A stretch of DNA of 63,690 nt, filler included, from Nitrospinota bacterium (GCA_022562795.1; 7 parts of 7 records of this genome joined end to end with filler, not necessarily neighbours in it); one strand, 5' to 3'; shown: positions 53,641-63,690, numbered from the whole stretch's first letter. Notes: generated from the sequence alone by a model not told the origin. Translations and numbers: made by a program.

Positions 53641-55227
53641 CTAGAGGGTGATGGTCTTGGCGACGTAAAGGTTGGGGATGGCCCGGAGCTCCCCAAGGAC
53701 CTCCTCGCTCACCGGTTGGTCCACGTTGAGCACCGCCACGGCGTCCTCCTTGGGGGCGGTGCGGCCGAGCTGGATCCCGGCGATGTTGATACCGTTGTTG
53801 CCGAGTATGGTCCCCACCCGGCCGATCACGCCGGGGGTGTCTCGGTTGGTGAAGACGAGGATGTGGCCCTCGGGGATAGCCTCGAGGCTCACATCGTCGA
53901 TGCGTACGATTCTAGGGTTCTTGCGCCCGAAGATGGTCCCGCTCGCGGTCCCGCGGCCCTTGTCCGTCACCAGCTCCACCGTGACGAGGTTCGCATAGTC
54001 CTCCGTCGCCCGGGTCGTTGACTCGTTCAGCACGATTCCCCGCTGCTTTGCCAAGTAGGGGGCGTTGACGGTGTTGACCGCCTCCTCCATAAAGGTCTGG
54101 AGCACGCCCGTCAAGACGTAGAGGGTCAGGGGCGCCGTGCCGCGGGCGATCTCCTCGCCGGCGTAGCGGATATTGACCTCCTTGATCCCGCCGTCCACGT
54201 ATTGGGCCGCAAAGCTCCCCAGCCTCATGGCGAGGTTTAGGTACGGCCCAAGGAGGCTCACGACCTCGGCGTCCAGCGAGGGTGTGTTGATGGCGTTCCT
54301 CACTTCGCCGCGTGTGAAGAAATCCACAATCTGCTCGGCGATGGCAATCGCCACGTTTTCTTGGGCCTCCTCGGTGGACGCTCCCAGGTGAGGCGTGCAG
54401 ATCACCCTGGGGTGGACGACCAGCGGGCTTTCGGGCGGGGTCGGCTCAACGCTGAAGACGTCGAGGGCGGCCCTGGCCACCTTGCCGCTCTCTAGCGCGC
54501 CCAGCAGCGCCTCCTCATCGACGATGCCGCCACGGGCGCAGTTGATGATAAAGACTCCGTTCTTCATCTTGGCGAACTCGTCTGCCCCGATGAGCCCGAC
54601 GGTGTCTTTGGTCTTGGCGGCATGGATGGAGATGTAGTCGGAGCGGGCCAAGAGCTCATCGAACTCCATCAGCTCCACCCCGACTTTTTCCGCGGCATCC
54701 CGAGCGATGTAGGGATCGTAGGCGATGACCTTCATCTGGAGCCCCAGGGCCCGATTGGCCACGATGACCCCGACCCGGCCCAGGCCTACGATGCCTAGGG
54801 TCTTGTTGAAGACCTCCACCCCAATGAACATCGTCTTTTCCCACTTCCCTTCCTTCATAGAGTGGTCGGCCTGAGGGATGTTGCGCGACAGCGCCATGAG
54901 CATGGCGATGGCGTGCTCGGCCGTGGTGATGGTGTTGCCGCCGGGCGTGTTCATGACGATGATGCCCTTGGCGCTGGCGGCATCCAGGTCCATGTTGTCC
55001 ACGCCGATGCCTGCCCGGCCGATGATCTTCATGTTCGTGGAGGCCGCGATGACCTCGGCGGTGACATCCGTAGCGCTGCGAATGACGAGCCCGTGGTAGT
55101 CTGGGATGACGGCGATTAGCTCCTCGGTGGCCATGCCCGTCTTCACATCGACCTCGAGCCCCTCGGCCGCCTGGAGGATCGCGATCCCTTTGGGTGAGAG
55201 GTCGTCGCTGACCAGGATCTTCGCCAT
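53641..55227 (-). CDS. serA: D-3-phosphoglycerate dehydrogenase
   Basis: Start MAKILVSDDL; GRAGIGVDN, GLGRVG, NCARGG, TPHLGASTEEAQ; ASB and ACT domains. Confidence 0.95.
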   Translation of the reverse strand: MAKILVSDDLSPKGIAILQAAEGLEVDVKTGMATEELIAVIPDYHGLVIRSATDVTAEVIAASTNMKIIGRAGIGVDNMDLDAASAKGIIVMNTPGGNTITTAEHAIAMLMALSRNIPQADHSMKEGKWEKTMFIGVEVFNKTLGIVGLGRVGVIVANRALGLQMKVIAYDPYIARDAAEKVGVELMEFDELLARSDYISIHAAKTKDTVGLIGADEFAKMKNGVFIINCARGGIVDEEALLGALESGKVARAALDVFSVEPTPPESPLVVHPRVICTPHLGASTEEAQENVAIAIAEQIVDFFTRGEVRNAINTPSLDAEVVSLLGPYLNLAMRLGSFAAQYVDGGIKEVNIRYAGEEIARGTAPLTLYVLTGVLQTFMEEAVNTVNAPYLAKQRGIVLNESTTRATEDYANLVTVELVTDKGRGTASGTIFGRKNPRIVRIDDVSLEAIPEGHILVFTNRDTPGVIGRVGTILGNNGINIAGIQLGRTAPKEDAVAVLNVDQPVSEEVLGELRAIPNLYVAKTITL

Positions 55228-55231
55228 CTCC

Positions 55232-56380
55232 TCAGCCCTCCAGCAGCGTTTGCTGGGCCGCCCGCACACCTGTGCCCAGCTCCACGTCGTAGCCAAGCCG
55301 ACGGAGCACCATCTCGGTCGCGGCGACGGCCACCATCACGTCCCACTCGAAGGTGTATCCGAGGTGGGCGATACGAAAAATCTTGCCCTTGAGCTGGCTC
55401 TGACCGCCGGCGATGGTGATCCCGTAATCATCCCGCAGCATGCGGGGGATCGCCGTCCCGTCGATGCCCTCGGGCACTTTGACGGCCGTGACGGCGTTGG
55501 AGGGGCTATCTTTGGCAAACAGCTCGAGCCCGATGGCCTGCATGGCCGATCGCGTGGCGCGGGCCAGCCGATCGTGGCGGGCGAAGACCTGCTCTAGGCC
55601 TTCGGCCTGGATGCGCCGCAGGGCTTCGCGCAGGCCTACCACGAGGCTCACCGCCGGGGTGTACGCCGACGAGTTCTTTCGGAGGCTCTCGTACTCCTTC
55701 TTGAGGTCGAAGTAGTACTTCGGCAGGGTGGAGCGCTTGACCAGCTCCCAGGCCTTCGGGGTGGCCACACAGCAAAACCCCAGCCCCGGTGGCAGCATGA
55801 GGGCTTTTTGCGAGCCGGAGATCACGATGTCGAGGCCCCAAGAATCGGTCGGCACGTCAAAGACCCCTATGGCCGTGATGGCGTCAACGACCAGGATGGC
55901 GTCGGTGGGTCTAACGATCTGCGCCAGCGCCTCAACGTCGTGGCGGACACCGGTGGAGGTCTCGGAGGCCTGGACGTAGACCGCCTTGGCGTCGGGGTGG
56001 ACCTGGAGCGTGTCAGCGACCACCGTCGGGTTGACCGCGCTGCCCCACTCAACGTCGATGGGGACCGCCTCGATCCCGTATGCCTCGCAGAGTTCCTGCC
56101 ACCTCTCGCTGAACTTCCCCCCCCCGATGCAGATGGCCTTGTCACCGGGCGATAGAACGTTGACGACGGCTGCCTCCATCCCGCCCGTGCCCGATGAGGC
56201 GAACATAACGACCTCCTCATCGGTCTGAAAGAGGTACTTAAGGCCGGCCCGCACCTCCTCCAATATTAAACCGTACTCGGGGGCCCTGTGGTGGAGGATG
56301 GGTTGGCCCATGGCCGCCAGCACCTCTGGGGGAATGGGCGTCGGACCAGGGGCAAGCAAGTATGTCTTTTTCGTGCTCAT
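55232..56380 (-). CDS. Class V PLP aminotransferase (alanine-glyoxylate/serine-pyruvate family; probable SerC substitute)
   Basis: PGPT, SETSTG, VDAIT, GSQKALMLPPGL and RIAHLG; directly upstream of serA. Confidence 0.9.
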   Translation of the reverse strand: MSTKKTYLLAPGPTPIPPEVLAAMGQPILHHRAPEYGLILEEVRAGLKYLFQTDEEVVMFASSGTGGMEAAVVNVLSPGDKAICIGGGKFSERWQELCEAYGIEAVPIDVEWGSAVNPTVVADTLQVHPDAKAVYVQASETSTGVRHDVEALAQIVRPTDAILVVDAITAIGVFDVPTDSWGLDIVISGSQKALMLPPGLGFCCVATPKAWELVKRSTLPKYYFDLKKEYESLRKNSSAYTPAVSLVVGLREALRRIQAEGLEQVFARHDRLARATRSAMQAIGLELFAKDSPSNAVTAVKVPEGIDGTAIPRMLRDDYGITIAGGQSQLKGKIFRIAHLGYTFEWDVMVAVAATEMVLRRLGYDVELGTGVRAAQQTLLEG

Positions 56381-56497
56381 GGCAGGGCCCTCGCTCGGTG
56401 ATTGGGGCTGAGTGCCGAAGCTCGTTCAACAGCGTGTGTAGGATCGACAGCAATACAGCCAGGGCTTAGGGCAATCACTGCCGCTCCCAAAGGCGCT

Positions 56498-56526
56498 ATC
56501 CTAGCCAAGTTGTCTCGGGCTGTCAA
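56498..56526 (-). promoter_or_regulatory. sigma70-like promoter for aminotransferase-serA-purA
   Basis: Minus strand TTGACA-N17-TAGGAT. Confidence 0.6.
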
Positions 56527-56593
56527 GGGCAATCCCAACCCTCTTCAGTCGCGGGATGGCCCCTGTTGTCAATATGTTAGCCAACTCTCGGCA

Positions 56594-57652
56594 TCACCGG
56601 ACGAGGGCGGTGACGGTTTTGACCACTACCCCGTCGGACGGCGTTATGACCTTGGTGTCGAGCACCGACCGCCCCCGGACCGTCCGGACCGAATTCAGCA
56701 TGAGGTAATCGACGGGCACCTTGCCCCGAAGGGCGCTGAATGCGCGGGGAGATGCCAAGTCTTGAGCCTCGAGGCCGTTCTCCAGCAAAAGGATATCGAG
56801 CTTGTCCTGGTCGTAGAGGTCGAAGCGGTCCGTTCCTTCCAATGCCCGTGCAAGGGTCCTGGTGAGCTCCTCGGTCTCGACCGCTTCGCTCGTCCGGTTG
56901 ATGTAGGGTAAGATGGCAAGCTTCAACTTGCTCGATGTAATTCGCACTTTTTGGCCGGCTGCCACCCGTTCCTTGTCCTCCGTGGCCACGAGCCGGGCGA
57001 TGGAAAACTTTTCCCGCACTTCCATCAGCTCGACTGTCGCGACCCGCTTCTCAAGCCGGCCCAGTATTTCGCCGGAGAAGGGGTGCTTAAAGGGCTTGCC
57101 TTCTTCGAAGACGGTTAGCAGGGTGCCCTCTGGCAGGGGCCCGTCGCTAGACAAATCGAGAAAGACCTCGTCGCCCTGGACCAAGATGACCAGGCCTGAG
57201 ACCTGGGGAAATGCAGATCGGAGCTTGTCGGCGACGGTCGCGATGGCGCTCGCGAAGTGTTCGCCGCCTGGAGGGGTGGGCTGGCCGAAGTTCCCCTGCA
57301 AGAGCGAGAGGGGGAATGGGGCCTTCATTCCCTTACGGCGAGGCGCGGCCCGGGGTTGAGGAGCGGGAGGTCGGGGTGGTTGAGCACGCGTTTCTTCCAC
57401 GACCAAGCCGAAGCGCTCCGTCGTAGAAACGGATGTGGCATGGGCAGGGCTTGGAGGTGGGGGGACCTTTTGCGGCGCGGGTTGAATCTCATCGGCGGCG
57501 CTTTTGAGCTGGTCCTTACTCACACCCCGCTCGATCCCGAAAATCTTGGAGACCCCCGAAGTGACACCGGAGCCTACCTTCTTCGCCGCCCCACAGCCGA
57601 GGAGGGCCAGGCTCAGGCCGAGGGCCCCGATGCTCAGGCTCCATCGATTCAT
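56594..57652 (-). CDS. Hypothetical lipoprotein (FlgT-C/CsgG-like features)
   Basis: Lipobox LLGC; HPFSGEILG motif; C-terminal LAILP alpha/beta domain. Confidence 0.7.
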   Translation of the reverse strand: MNRWSLSIGALGLSLALLGCGAAKKVGSGVTSGVSKIFGIERGVSKDQLKSAADEIQPAPQKVPPPPSPAHATSVSTTERFGLVVEETRAQPPRPPAPQPRAAPRRKGMKAPFPLSLLQGNFGQPTPPGGEHFASAIATVADKLRSAFPQVSGLVILVQGDEVFLDLSSDGPLPEGTLLTVFEEGKPFKHPFSGEILGRLEKRVATVELMEVREKFSIARLVATEDKERVAAGQKVRITSSKLKLAILPYINRTSEAVETEELTRTLARALEGTDRFDLYDQDKLDILLLENGLEAQDLASPRAFSALRGKVPVDYLMLNSVRTVRGRSVLDTKVITPSDGVVVKTVTALVR

Positions 57653-57665
57653 CCGCTCACTCCTT

Positions 57666-58083
57666 TTAGTCGCTGCTCGCAGGAACGGTCCCGACGTGGA
57701 GGGTCACAATCCCACCGGTGAGCCTCCGGAAACCAACCGCTTCAAGTCCCGCTTCGCCCATGAGCTGCGAGAAGCCCTCGGGACTGGGGTAGGCCAGCAC
57801 GCTTGCCGGCAGGTAGTCGTAGGCGGTCGGGTGGGACGAGAGTCGTCGACCGATCCATGGAAGCGCCTTGGTGAAGTAGGCCTCGTAAAGCCATCGGAGG
57901 GGCCGCCACGTCGGCCGGGAGAACTCCAATACGATGACCCGTCCGCCTGGCCTGACCATCCTCGCCATCTCGCCCAGACCGGCCTTGCGGTCGGCCACGT
58001 TGCGGATGCCGAAGGCGATGAGCGCGGCATCGAATAGCCCGTCGTGGAATGGCAGCCGGAGGGCATCGGCCCCGGCCAACGCG
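57666..58083 (-). CDS. UbiE/MenG-family methyltransferase, C-terminal part
   Basis: DAL.LPF, AFGIRNV, EMARMVRPGG...LEFS, AYDYLPASV and LTGGIV.LH. Confidence 0.88.
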
Positions 58084-58183
58084 NNNNNNNNNNNNNNNNN
58101 NNNNNNNNNNNNNNNNNNNNNNNNNNNTTAATTAATTAANNNNNNNNNNNNNNNNNNNNNNNNNNNNNNNNNNNNNNNNNNNN
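58084..58183. other. Artificial contig linker
   Basis: N-run with TTAATTAATTAA. Confidence 0.98.
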
Positions 58184-58236
58184 CGACTCGACGAGTACTG
58201 GCGGAAGTACAAATCGGGGGAATTGGAGGGCCGGAA

Positions 58237-58410
58237 ATGAAATGCCAAGCATGCGACAAGAATGCGACCGAGCACGTGACCGAACTGGACGGTGCAGTTC
58301 CGGCAGAGTACCCCGTTTGCGAAGAGCACGCGTGCGATCTTTCAAAACTCACGGGCGTCGAACCTATTGCAATTCATTCCAGAGAAATGTATACGCCAGG
58401 GCGGACATGA
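58237..58410 (+). CDS. Small McsA-N-terminus-like Cys protein (57 aa), absent from the ORF track
   Basis: GGAGG RBS; MKCQACDKNATEHVTEL.G...E..VCEEHA. Confidence 0.45.
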   Translation: MKCQACDKNATEHVTELDGAVPAEYPVCEEHACDLSKLTGVEPIAIHSREMYTPGRT

Positions 58411-58778
58411 AAGCCGTTTGCTTGTTGTTTGCGGCACCGCCGTGACCGCCTTCGATGTTTTCGTAATAGAGCACATCGTGGCCCATGGCCTTCATTTTCG
58501 CCACCATCTTGCGGGCATGACCGGGGTGCACTCGATCGTCACGTGTCGACGTCGTAAAAAGAATACGGGGATAGTGGGCATCTTTGGTCACATTGTGGTA
58601 GGGGGAGAACGTGCGCACGAACTGCCACTGGTCGGGATCGTCCGGATTACCGTACTCGGCGATCCAGCTCGCCCCTGCCAGCAACTTGTGGTATCGCTGC
58701 ATATCGAGCAGAGGCACCCGGCATACGATCGCCCCGAATAGGTCCGGTCGCATCGTGAGCATGTTGCCCATCAGCAGG
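58364..58778 (-). pseudogene. C-terminal fragment of a prolyl oligopeptidase (S9A), joined in frame to the upstream gene
   Basis: RPDLFGA, VPLLDM.RY, AGASW..EYG.PD, SPYHNV, DDRVHP.HARK and EGGHG are present; the catalytic GxSxGG is absent. Confidence 0.75.
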
Positions 58779-60355
58779 TGCGCGTCAGTAAAGAGCGGCT
58801 TGATGGAGACCGCTTGGGCGAGCAGCCATTCCGCCTCCTCGGAAGCCTTTCCCTGGGCTAACAGAGCGCGGGCGAGGTTGTAGAGGGTCGGCGGCGCATC
58901 GGGCTGAAGAAGCAAGGAGCGCCTGTAGGCGGCCTCGGCATCGATCCAATGGGTATCGCGGGCTTCGATAAGGCCAAGGTTGTGCAAGGCCTCTGCCGAG
59001 TCGGGCTCCAGGTCGAGGGCCTTCTCAATCTCCTCCCTAGCCTCCTCCCACCGCCCTTTAGAGATCAGCGCCGCGCCGAGGTTCAGGTGGGCCCGTGAGC
59101 TTTCGGGCGACGCGGCCACCGTGGCCCTCCACAAGGTGAGCTCGTCCTTCCAGACCCTGGTCCTCATAGCGGTGCGGAGGCCGAGCGTCAAGATGAGCAG
59201 ACCGATAGCCCCCCAAACTATTTTGGCTTGGGGGGAAGCGCCTCGGACAGCAGCTCCCTCAAGCCCATCGCTAGCAAGGAGCCCCACGGCCCAACAAAAC
59301 CCAATGGATGGGATGAAGAGATACCGCTCGGCCATGGGGTTGTCCAGAGGGACGAGGTTCGCTACGGGCAGCAGCGTAATTAGGAGCCACGCGAGGCCGA
59401 ATCCCACAAGGGGTCTCTTTCTATACCCCAACACTATCGCGTAAACGGCGATCACAAAGACGACGAGGCCCGCGAGCGCTTGGGGCTCGGCAAGATTCTC
59501 GATAGGCCTGACCAGGTAATCCGCATTGAGGCGCAGAGGAAAGAGGAGTAGCCTTGCGTACTGCGCAAGGATGCCGGGCATCGTAATTATCGCGCTCGCC
59601 AAAGAACCCCCGACGTAGCCCGTCGAGTGAGGGGGCCCGGCGTAGGGCCCGAACCTGAGTACGGCGTAGACGCCCGTTACGGCCAGCAGCGCGCCGTATC
59701 GGCGCCACAACGCCTTAGGCTCAAGCGGAGCCTTGCGCCGCCGTGCAATGGCGCCGTCGTAAGCCAAGACGAGGAAGGGAAATACGAGGGCCACCTCCTT
59801 GGAGAGGAGCCCGAGGGCGTAGAGGCCTATGGCCCCGGCCCACCACGCGCCCGCACGGCCTCCTTGATCCGCCTTAATGATGCACAAGAAGGCCGAAAGC
59901 AGGAACAGGGCGCAGAGGACATCGGACCGCAGGCCTGAGACCATAACCGACTCCACATGGACGGGGTGGACGGCGAAGAGGGCCGCAGCAATTAAGGCGG
60001 CCCGCCCTCGCATGCCCATCTGGAGAGCAAGCCCGAAGACGAGCAAGACGACGAGCGTGTAGAGGAAGAGGTCAAGGGCGTTGTGACCGGGTGCCCAGTA
60101 ACGAAAAAGGCCCACGGAGAAAAAATGGGAGAGCGTCACTAAGGGGCGCCAGCTCCCTTCCTGGAAGCGACTGAAGTAGAGCTCGGGGTCGATAATCAAG
60201 CGGACGTTTTCGGGATGTAGGAGCTCAGGAGTGTCAAGAATGTAGCCCGTATCATCCCAAACGAAATCGTTCCCAAGCGACCCGGCATAGGTGGCCCAGG
60301 CAAGAAAAACGAGCAGACCGAAGCCGAGCACCCTTCTGCGATTAATGAGTAGCAT
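58763..60355 (-). CDS. TMTC-like GT-C membrane glycosyltransferase with TPRs (true 3' end lost)
   Basis: NDFVWDD, WRPL, LFAVHPVHVESV, LLSKE, P..LNADY, AERYLFIPS and W.DE.TLW, followed by TPRs. Confidence 0.85.
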
Positions 60356-60503
60356 TTAACTCAATTATAGTTAGCAAAAAACATTTGATTTGTTAATGTA
60401 ATCTATTAAATTCCCTGGACCGCCACTCACCTCACGGCTAACTCCTGGGTTTACGGTGCAGGGCATGGATCGATCCATCTGAGGCGGCGGTACGGATTGG
60501 CTG

Positions 60504-61733
60504 TCAGCCGCCGCGGTCAACGAGCTTTGAACGTTCGCTCAGCAATGCCCTGGCCTGGGCCACCACCTGCTCGGGCTTGATGCCGGTCATGCACTTGTTG
60601 TCGTGGCAAGGAGAGCGCTTCTGGTTATAAGCCGACACGCAGGGGCTGCAGGCCAGATGGAGGTAGATTGCCTGCACGTTGGGTCCCAAAGGCCCGTAGA
60701 TATTCGGCGTCTCCGGCCCAAAGAGGACGAGGGCCGGGAGATCGGTAAGAGAGACGAAGTGGGCCGGGCCCGAGTCGTTGGTTATTAAAAGATGGCTTAC
60801 GTTGTAGAGGTCTACGAGCTGTCTCAAGGTAGTTTCGCCGGAGAAATTGAGCACGCGGTCCGAGGCGATCTCCCCGCGCATGGCCTCAGCGTGGGCTCGC
60901 TCTTCTGTCGTGCCGGTCAACACCAACACGAGATCGGGGTCTTCCAGGAGCCCGCGGCCCAGGTCGATAAAATTCTCCCTCGGCCACCTGCGGACGGCCA
61001 CGAGGTCGCTGGCATTGGGGTTGAGCAATACCAGTCGGTGCTCAGGCCCCAGGCGGGGGTAAAGCTCTTTGAGCCTCTCTTTGATGGCCTGCCGGGCGGA
61101 TTCTGAGCTCTGTACGCGGGGCAGATCAAGGGAGATGTCGTCCAGGGGCCGCTTGCACAAGGGCTCAGAGCCTCCCTCCTCGCTCGCGGCTTCGACCAGA
61201 GCGATGAAAGTCTCGGCCGCATGGAGGTGCGGGTTGTAGATGACCTTGTGGGTGAGCAGGTCTCCCGTATAGCGGCCCTCCTCGAAGAAGCGATGAAAGC
61301 CGACCCTGCGTTGCGCTCCGCTGAGAAAAGCCAGCAGAGTGCTGAAGCGGGCGAAGGCCTCCAGGTTGATGGTCGTGTCGATCTTCTCGCCCCGGATGAA
61401 TCGGATTGCCTTAAGGGTATCAGCCAGGAAGCTCCAAGGGCCGTCGGGCCGAATGATGATGTGGTTCTCATCCTCGATGATACCCATGATCTCCAGCATG
61501 CCCTTGCCGCCGCTGAAAGTGAGGAAGTATAGCTCGGCGTCGGGAAAGCGCCGACGGGCGTGCCGCAAAGCCGGGTAGGCCACCACGAGTCCACCGATCT
61601 CAGCCATCTCAATGAATAGTATCCGTTTGGGGGGCCCAACGTCCTTGCGAGGCCTCGCCAGGCGCATAAGGCGCGAAAATATGGTGGCTACGAAGCAGCA
61701 AGGGATACCAACCCAGCGGTCGATCTTCCGCAT
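60504..61733 (-). CDS. Glycosyltransferase family 9 (heptosyltransferase-like)
   Basis: Start MRKIDRWVGIP; RRWP, LITNDSGPAH, LFGPETP and C.PC...C....CM. Confidence 0.88.
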   Translation of the reverse strand: MRKIDRWVGIPCCFVATIFSRLMRLARPRKDVGPPKRILFIEMAEIGGLVVAYPALRHARRRFPDAELYFLTFSGGKGMLEIMGIIEDENHIIIRPDGPWSFLADTLKAIRFIRGEKIDTTINLEAFARFSTLLAFLSGAQRRVGFHRFFEEGRYTGDLLTHKVIYNPHLHAAETFIALVEAASEEGGSEPLCKRPLDDISLDLPRVQSSESARQAIKERLKELYPRLGPEHRLVLLNPNASDLVAVRRWPRENFIDLGRGLLEDPDLVLVLTGTTEERAHAEAMRGEIASDRVLNFSGETTLRQLVDLYNVSHLLITNDSGPAHFVSLTDLPALVLFGPETPNIYGPLGPNVQAIYLHLACSPCVSAYNQKRSPCHDNKCMTGIKPEQVVAQARALLSERSKLVDRGG

Positions 61734-61814
61734 CGTATCCGCCCCTGGAAGGGAAATAGCCGCTAGCTGTGGCGGAAGCAACACCTATAACCCCCATAAA
61801 CTATTGACTTTAAA

Positions 61815-61842
61815 ACAATAGCACATATGCCCCTCTTGTCAA
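61815..61842 (-). promoter_or_regulatory. Possible sigma70-like promoter for the GT9 gene
   Basis: Minus strand TTGACA-N16-TATTGT. Confidence 0.45.
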
Positions 61843-62079
61843 GCGGTCGATCCTCGGGCGGGCCCAAAGGAGTGTGTGAGGCGGGGCCTTGAGAGGCAAT
61901 CTCAAATAGACCACGCGGGCCACGGCTCTACCGCAGGGAAAATCTAGCGGGGTATACAGAAGGCGCAGGAAGAGGAGGACGTCAGGCTGCCTGCAAAGAA
62001 AGACGGCCGTGGAAGGATGGAGATGTTAAGGCCAGGCCGTAAAGATGGACAGCCCGAAGGGGCGCCACTCCATGCCAGG

Positions 62080-63690
62080 TTAAAGTCGCGGTAAGCCAGT
62101 CGAGATCGCGTTAGAGCGGACGGTCGACTGTGAAAGGCAACCGCGTTGCGCTCGGTTCTTGGTCTTGCCTCGGATGACTTCGACGGGTGGTCCACAAGCG
62201 GGAAGCGGCTGGTGAGAAGCCGTGGGCGGACCGACGGCCGACGCCGTCCGTCGGACCACTAAACGGCCGTTGGCCCCCACAACAACCTCCGCCCCTTGGG
62301 GAAGACCTGGGAGCGTGACAAGGCTTCGACCGTCCGGCCCCTCGACGAGGAGCGCGCCTAGAGGTTTGACTAGCCAGCGGCCGTCGGCACCCTCGACCAG
62401 CTTCGCCCCGGGCGGCAGGACGTGGACCGTACCCGTCGAGTCGGCCTCAAGCCGTCCGCCTGGCGGCACCACCCGCCAGATCCCGTCAGGGCCCTCCATG
62501 ATCTCGGAGTCCGCCGGCACCACGTGGGCCTTCCCCTCGGGGTCGAGAGTGAGGTTGGCACCAGGGGGTACGACGTGGTTCTGTCTCTGAGTATCGGCCA
62601 CAGTCCGCCCCCCAGGCGGGACAAGGAGGTCCCTTTCCGTTCGGTAACCCGTCGGGACAACCTGGACACGCCCGGAGTAGTCACGCTTTATGTGGGCGCC
62701 GGCTGGGGCGACCTGGACCTGCCCGGTGTAGTACCGCTCAAGGCGAGCGCCGGCTGTGACGACCCAAACCCACCCTGTGTAGTCCCGCTCTAGGTTGGCA
62801 CCAGGCGGGACGACCCGGACCTCCCCAGTATAGTCCCGCTCCAGGTTGGCGCCAGCCGGGACGACCCGGACCTCCCCGGTGTAGTCCCGCTCCAGGCGAG
62901 CGCCGGCTGTGACGACCCAAACCCGCCCGGTGTAGTCCCGCTCCAGGTTGGCGCCAGCCGGGACGACCCGGACCCTTCCGGTGTAGTCCCGCTCCAGGTT
63001 TGCGGCGGCCGGGACGAGGTTGACCCGCCCTGTGTAGTCCTTCTCCAGGTGGGTGCCAGTTGGGACGATGTGGACCTCCCCGGTGTAGTCCTTCTCCAGG
63101 TAGGCGCCAGCCGGGACGACCTGGACCTCCCCGGTGTAGTCCTTCTCCAGGTGGGCGCCAGCTGGGACAATGTGGACCCGCCCCGTGTAGTCCCGCTCCG
63201 GGTGGGCGCCGGCCGGGAGAACGTGGACCTGCCCGGTGTAATCTCGCTTCAGGCGGCCGCTAGGGGGCAGGACGTGTAGCCGACCCTTGTAATCCCGGAC
63301 CAAACGCCCGCTTGCCTCGGGCCGGTCACCGTAAATGAGGGTATCCACGCTCCCGCCGGGGTTGAACTGCGTCGTTCCAGTCACTGTGGCCACCCGGCCG
63401 TCGGGGTAGTGGAGTGCGTTGTTGCCGACAAAGAAGGCTAGCTCAGCAAAGGCCAGAGGCTCGCTCAAGCGGTCACCTAGCTCCTTTATATTCAGTGCGA
63501 ACTCTTCATTCGTCATCCTGCGGGCCGTACGTATGATTCTTTCGACCCGGGCCCGATTGCGGGCCTTCTCCTCGGGGCTCAGGAAACCCAGGAGGTACTC
63601 TATGCGTTCCTCCAGCACCTCCGAGGGAATCGCCCTAAGCCAGGTTAAGAGATGCTCCATGTCGGGTAGCATGACGGCCTCGCCCGTTAC
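62080..63690 (-). CDS. Hypothetical protein with 17-aa tandem repeats (frame open to the window end)
   Basis: About 13 close repeats of LERDYTGxVxVVPAGAx plus about 8 degenerate ones; six sense codons precede the ATG at 63672. Confidence 0.8.
   Translation of the reverse strand, partial: VTGEAVMLPDMEHLLTWLRAIPSEVLEERIEYLLGFLSPEEKARNRARVERIIRTARRMTNEEFALNIKELGDRLSEPLAFAELAFFVGNNALHYPDGRVATVTGTTQFNPGGSVDTLIYGDRPEASGRLVRDYKGRLHVLPPSGRLKRDYTGQVHVLPAGAHPERDYTGRVHIVPAGAHLEKDYTGEVQVVPAGAYLEKDYTGEVHIVPTGTHLEKDYTGRVNLVPAAANLERDYTGRVRVVPAGANLERDYTGRVWVVTAGARLERDYTGEVRVVPAGANLERDYTGEVRVVPPGANLERDYTGWVWVVTAGARLERYYTGQVQVAPAGAHIKRDYSGRVQVVPTGYRTERDLLVPPGGRTVADTQRQNHVVPPGANLTLDPEGKAHVVPADSEIMEGPDGIWRVVPPGGRLEADSTGTVHVLPPGAKLVEGADGRWLVKPLGALLVEGPDGRSLVTLPGLPQGAEVVVGANGRLVVRRTASAVGPPTASHQPLPACGPPVEVIRGKTKNRAQRGCLSQSTVRSNAISTGLPRL
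62640..63305 (-). repeat. 51-bp coding tandem repeat
   Basis: GTAGTCCCGCTCCAGG/GTAGTCCTTCTCCAGG recurs every 51 bp. Confidence 0.9.

Noticed and set aside
58364-60355. Genuine glycosyltransferase-peptidase fusion protein
   Set aside because: The peptidase half lacks its catalytic Ser, and the join is at a microhomology near a contig end.
62640-63305. Regular 51-bp periodicity as a CRISPR array
   Set aside because: No unique spacers; the unit is a multiple of 3 and keeps one open frame; no cas genes.

Overview
This is not one locus. It is seven concatenated contigs (1-10360, 10461-20565, 20666-30566, 30667-40181, 40282-49689, 49790-58083, 58184-63690) joined by 100-nt N/TTAATTAATTAA linkers. 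They come from a GC-rich bacterial draft genome or MAG; the housekeeping proteins look broadly Deltaproteobacteria/Nitrospinota-like, which is inference only. Most content is housekeeping: rpsL-rpsG-fusA, pyrC-carA-carB-pyrK-pyrD, argH, rpsU-yqeY-dnaG-rpoD, efp-accB-accC, aminotransferase-serA-purA, surface-glycan genes and tRNA-Cys. The best candidate for an undescribed system is a tightly coupled five-gene operon next to tRNA-Cys (41095-46552). It encodes a degenerate thermonuclease-like membrane protein, an FHA-TPR-HExxH metallopeptidase, an ECF sigma factor, a soluble double zinc-finger anti-sigma factor and a soluble Ser/Thr kinase-beta-propeller, and may be a phosphorylation-gated proteolytic sigma switch. 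Other notable items: a duplicated promoter plus conserved leader upstream of secreted beta-helix paralogs; GTAG REP-like palindromes clustered at secreted-protein paralog loci; a 17-aa tandem-repeat protein; an AT-rich PIN-like gene inside carAB; and two deletion remnants. Four contig ends look chimeric, so the apparent fusions there (fusA, galE, folC/efp, TMTC/prolyl oligopeptidase) should not be trusted. No CRISPR array, rRNA or transposase was found.
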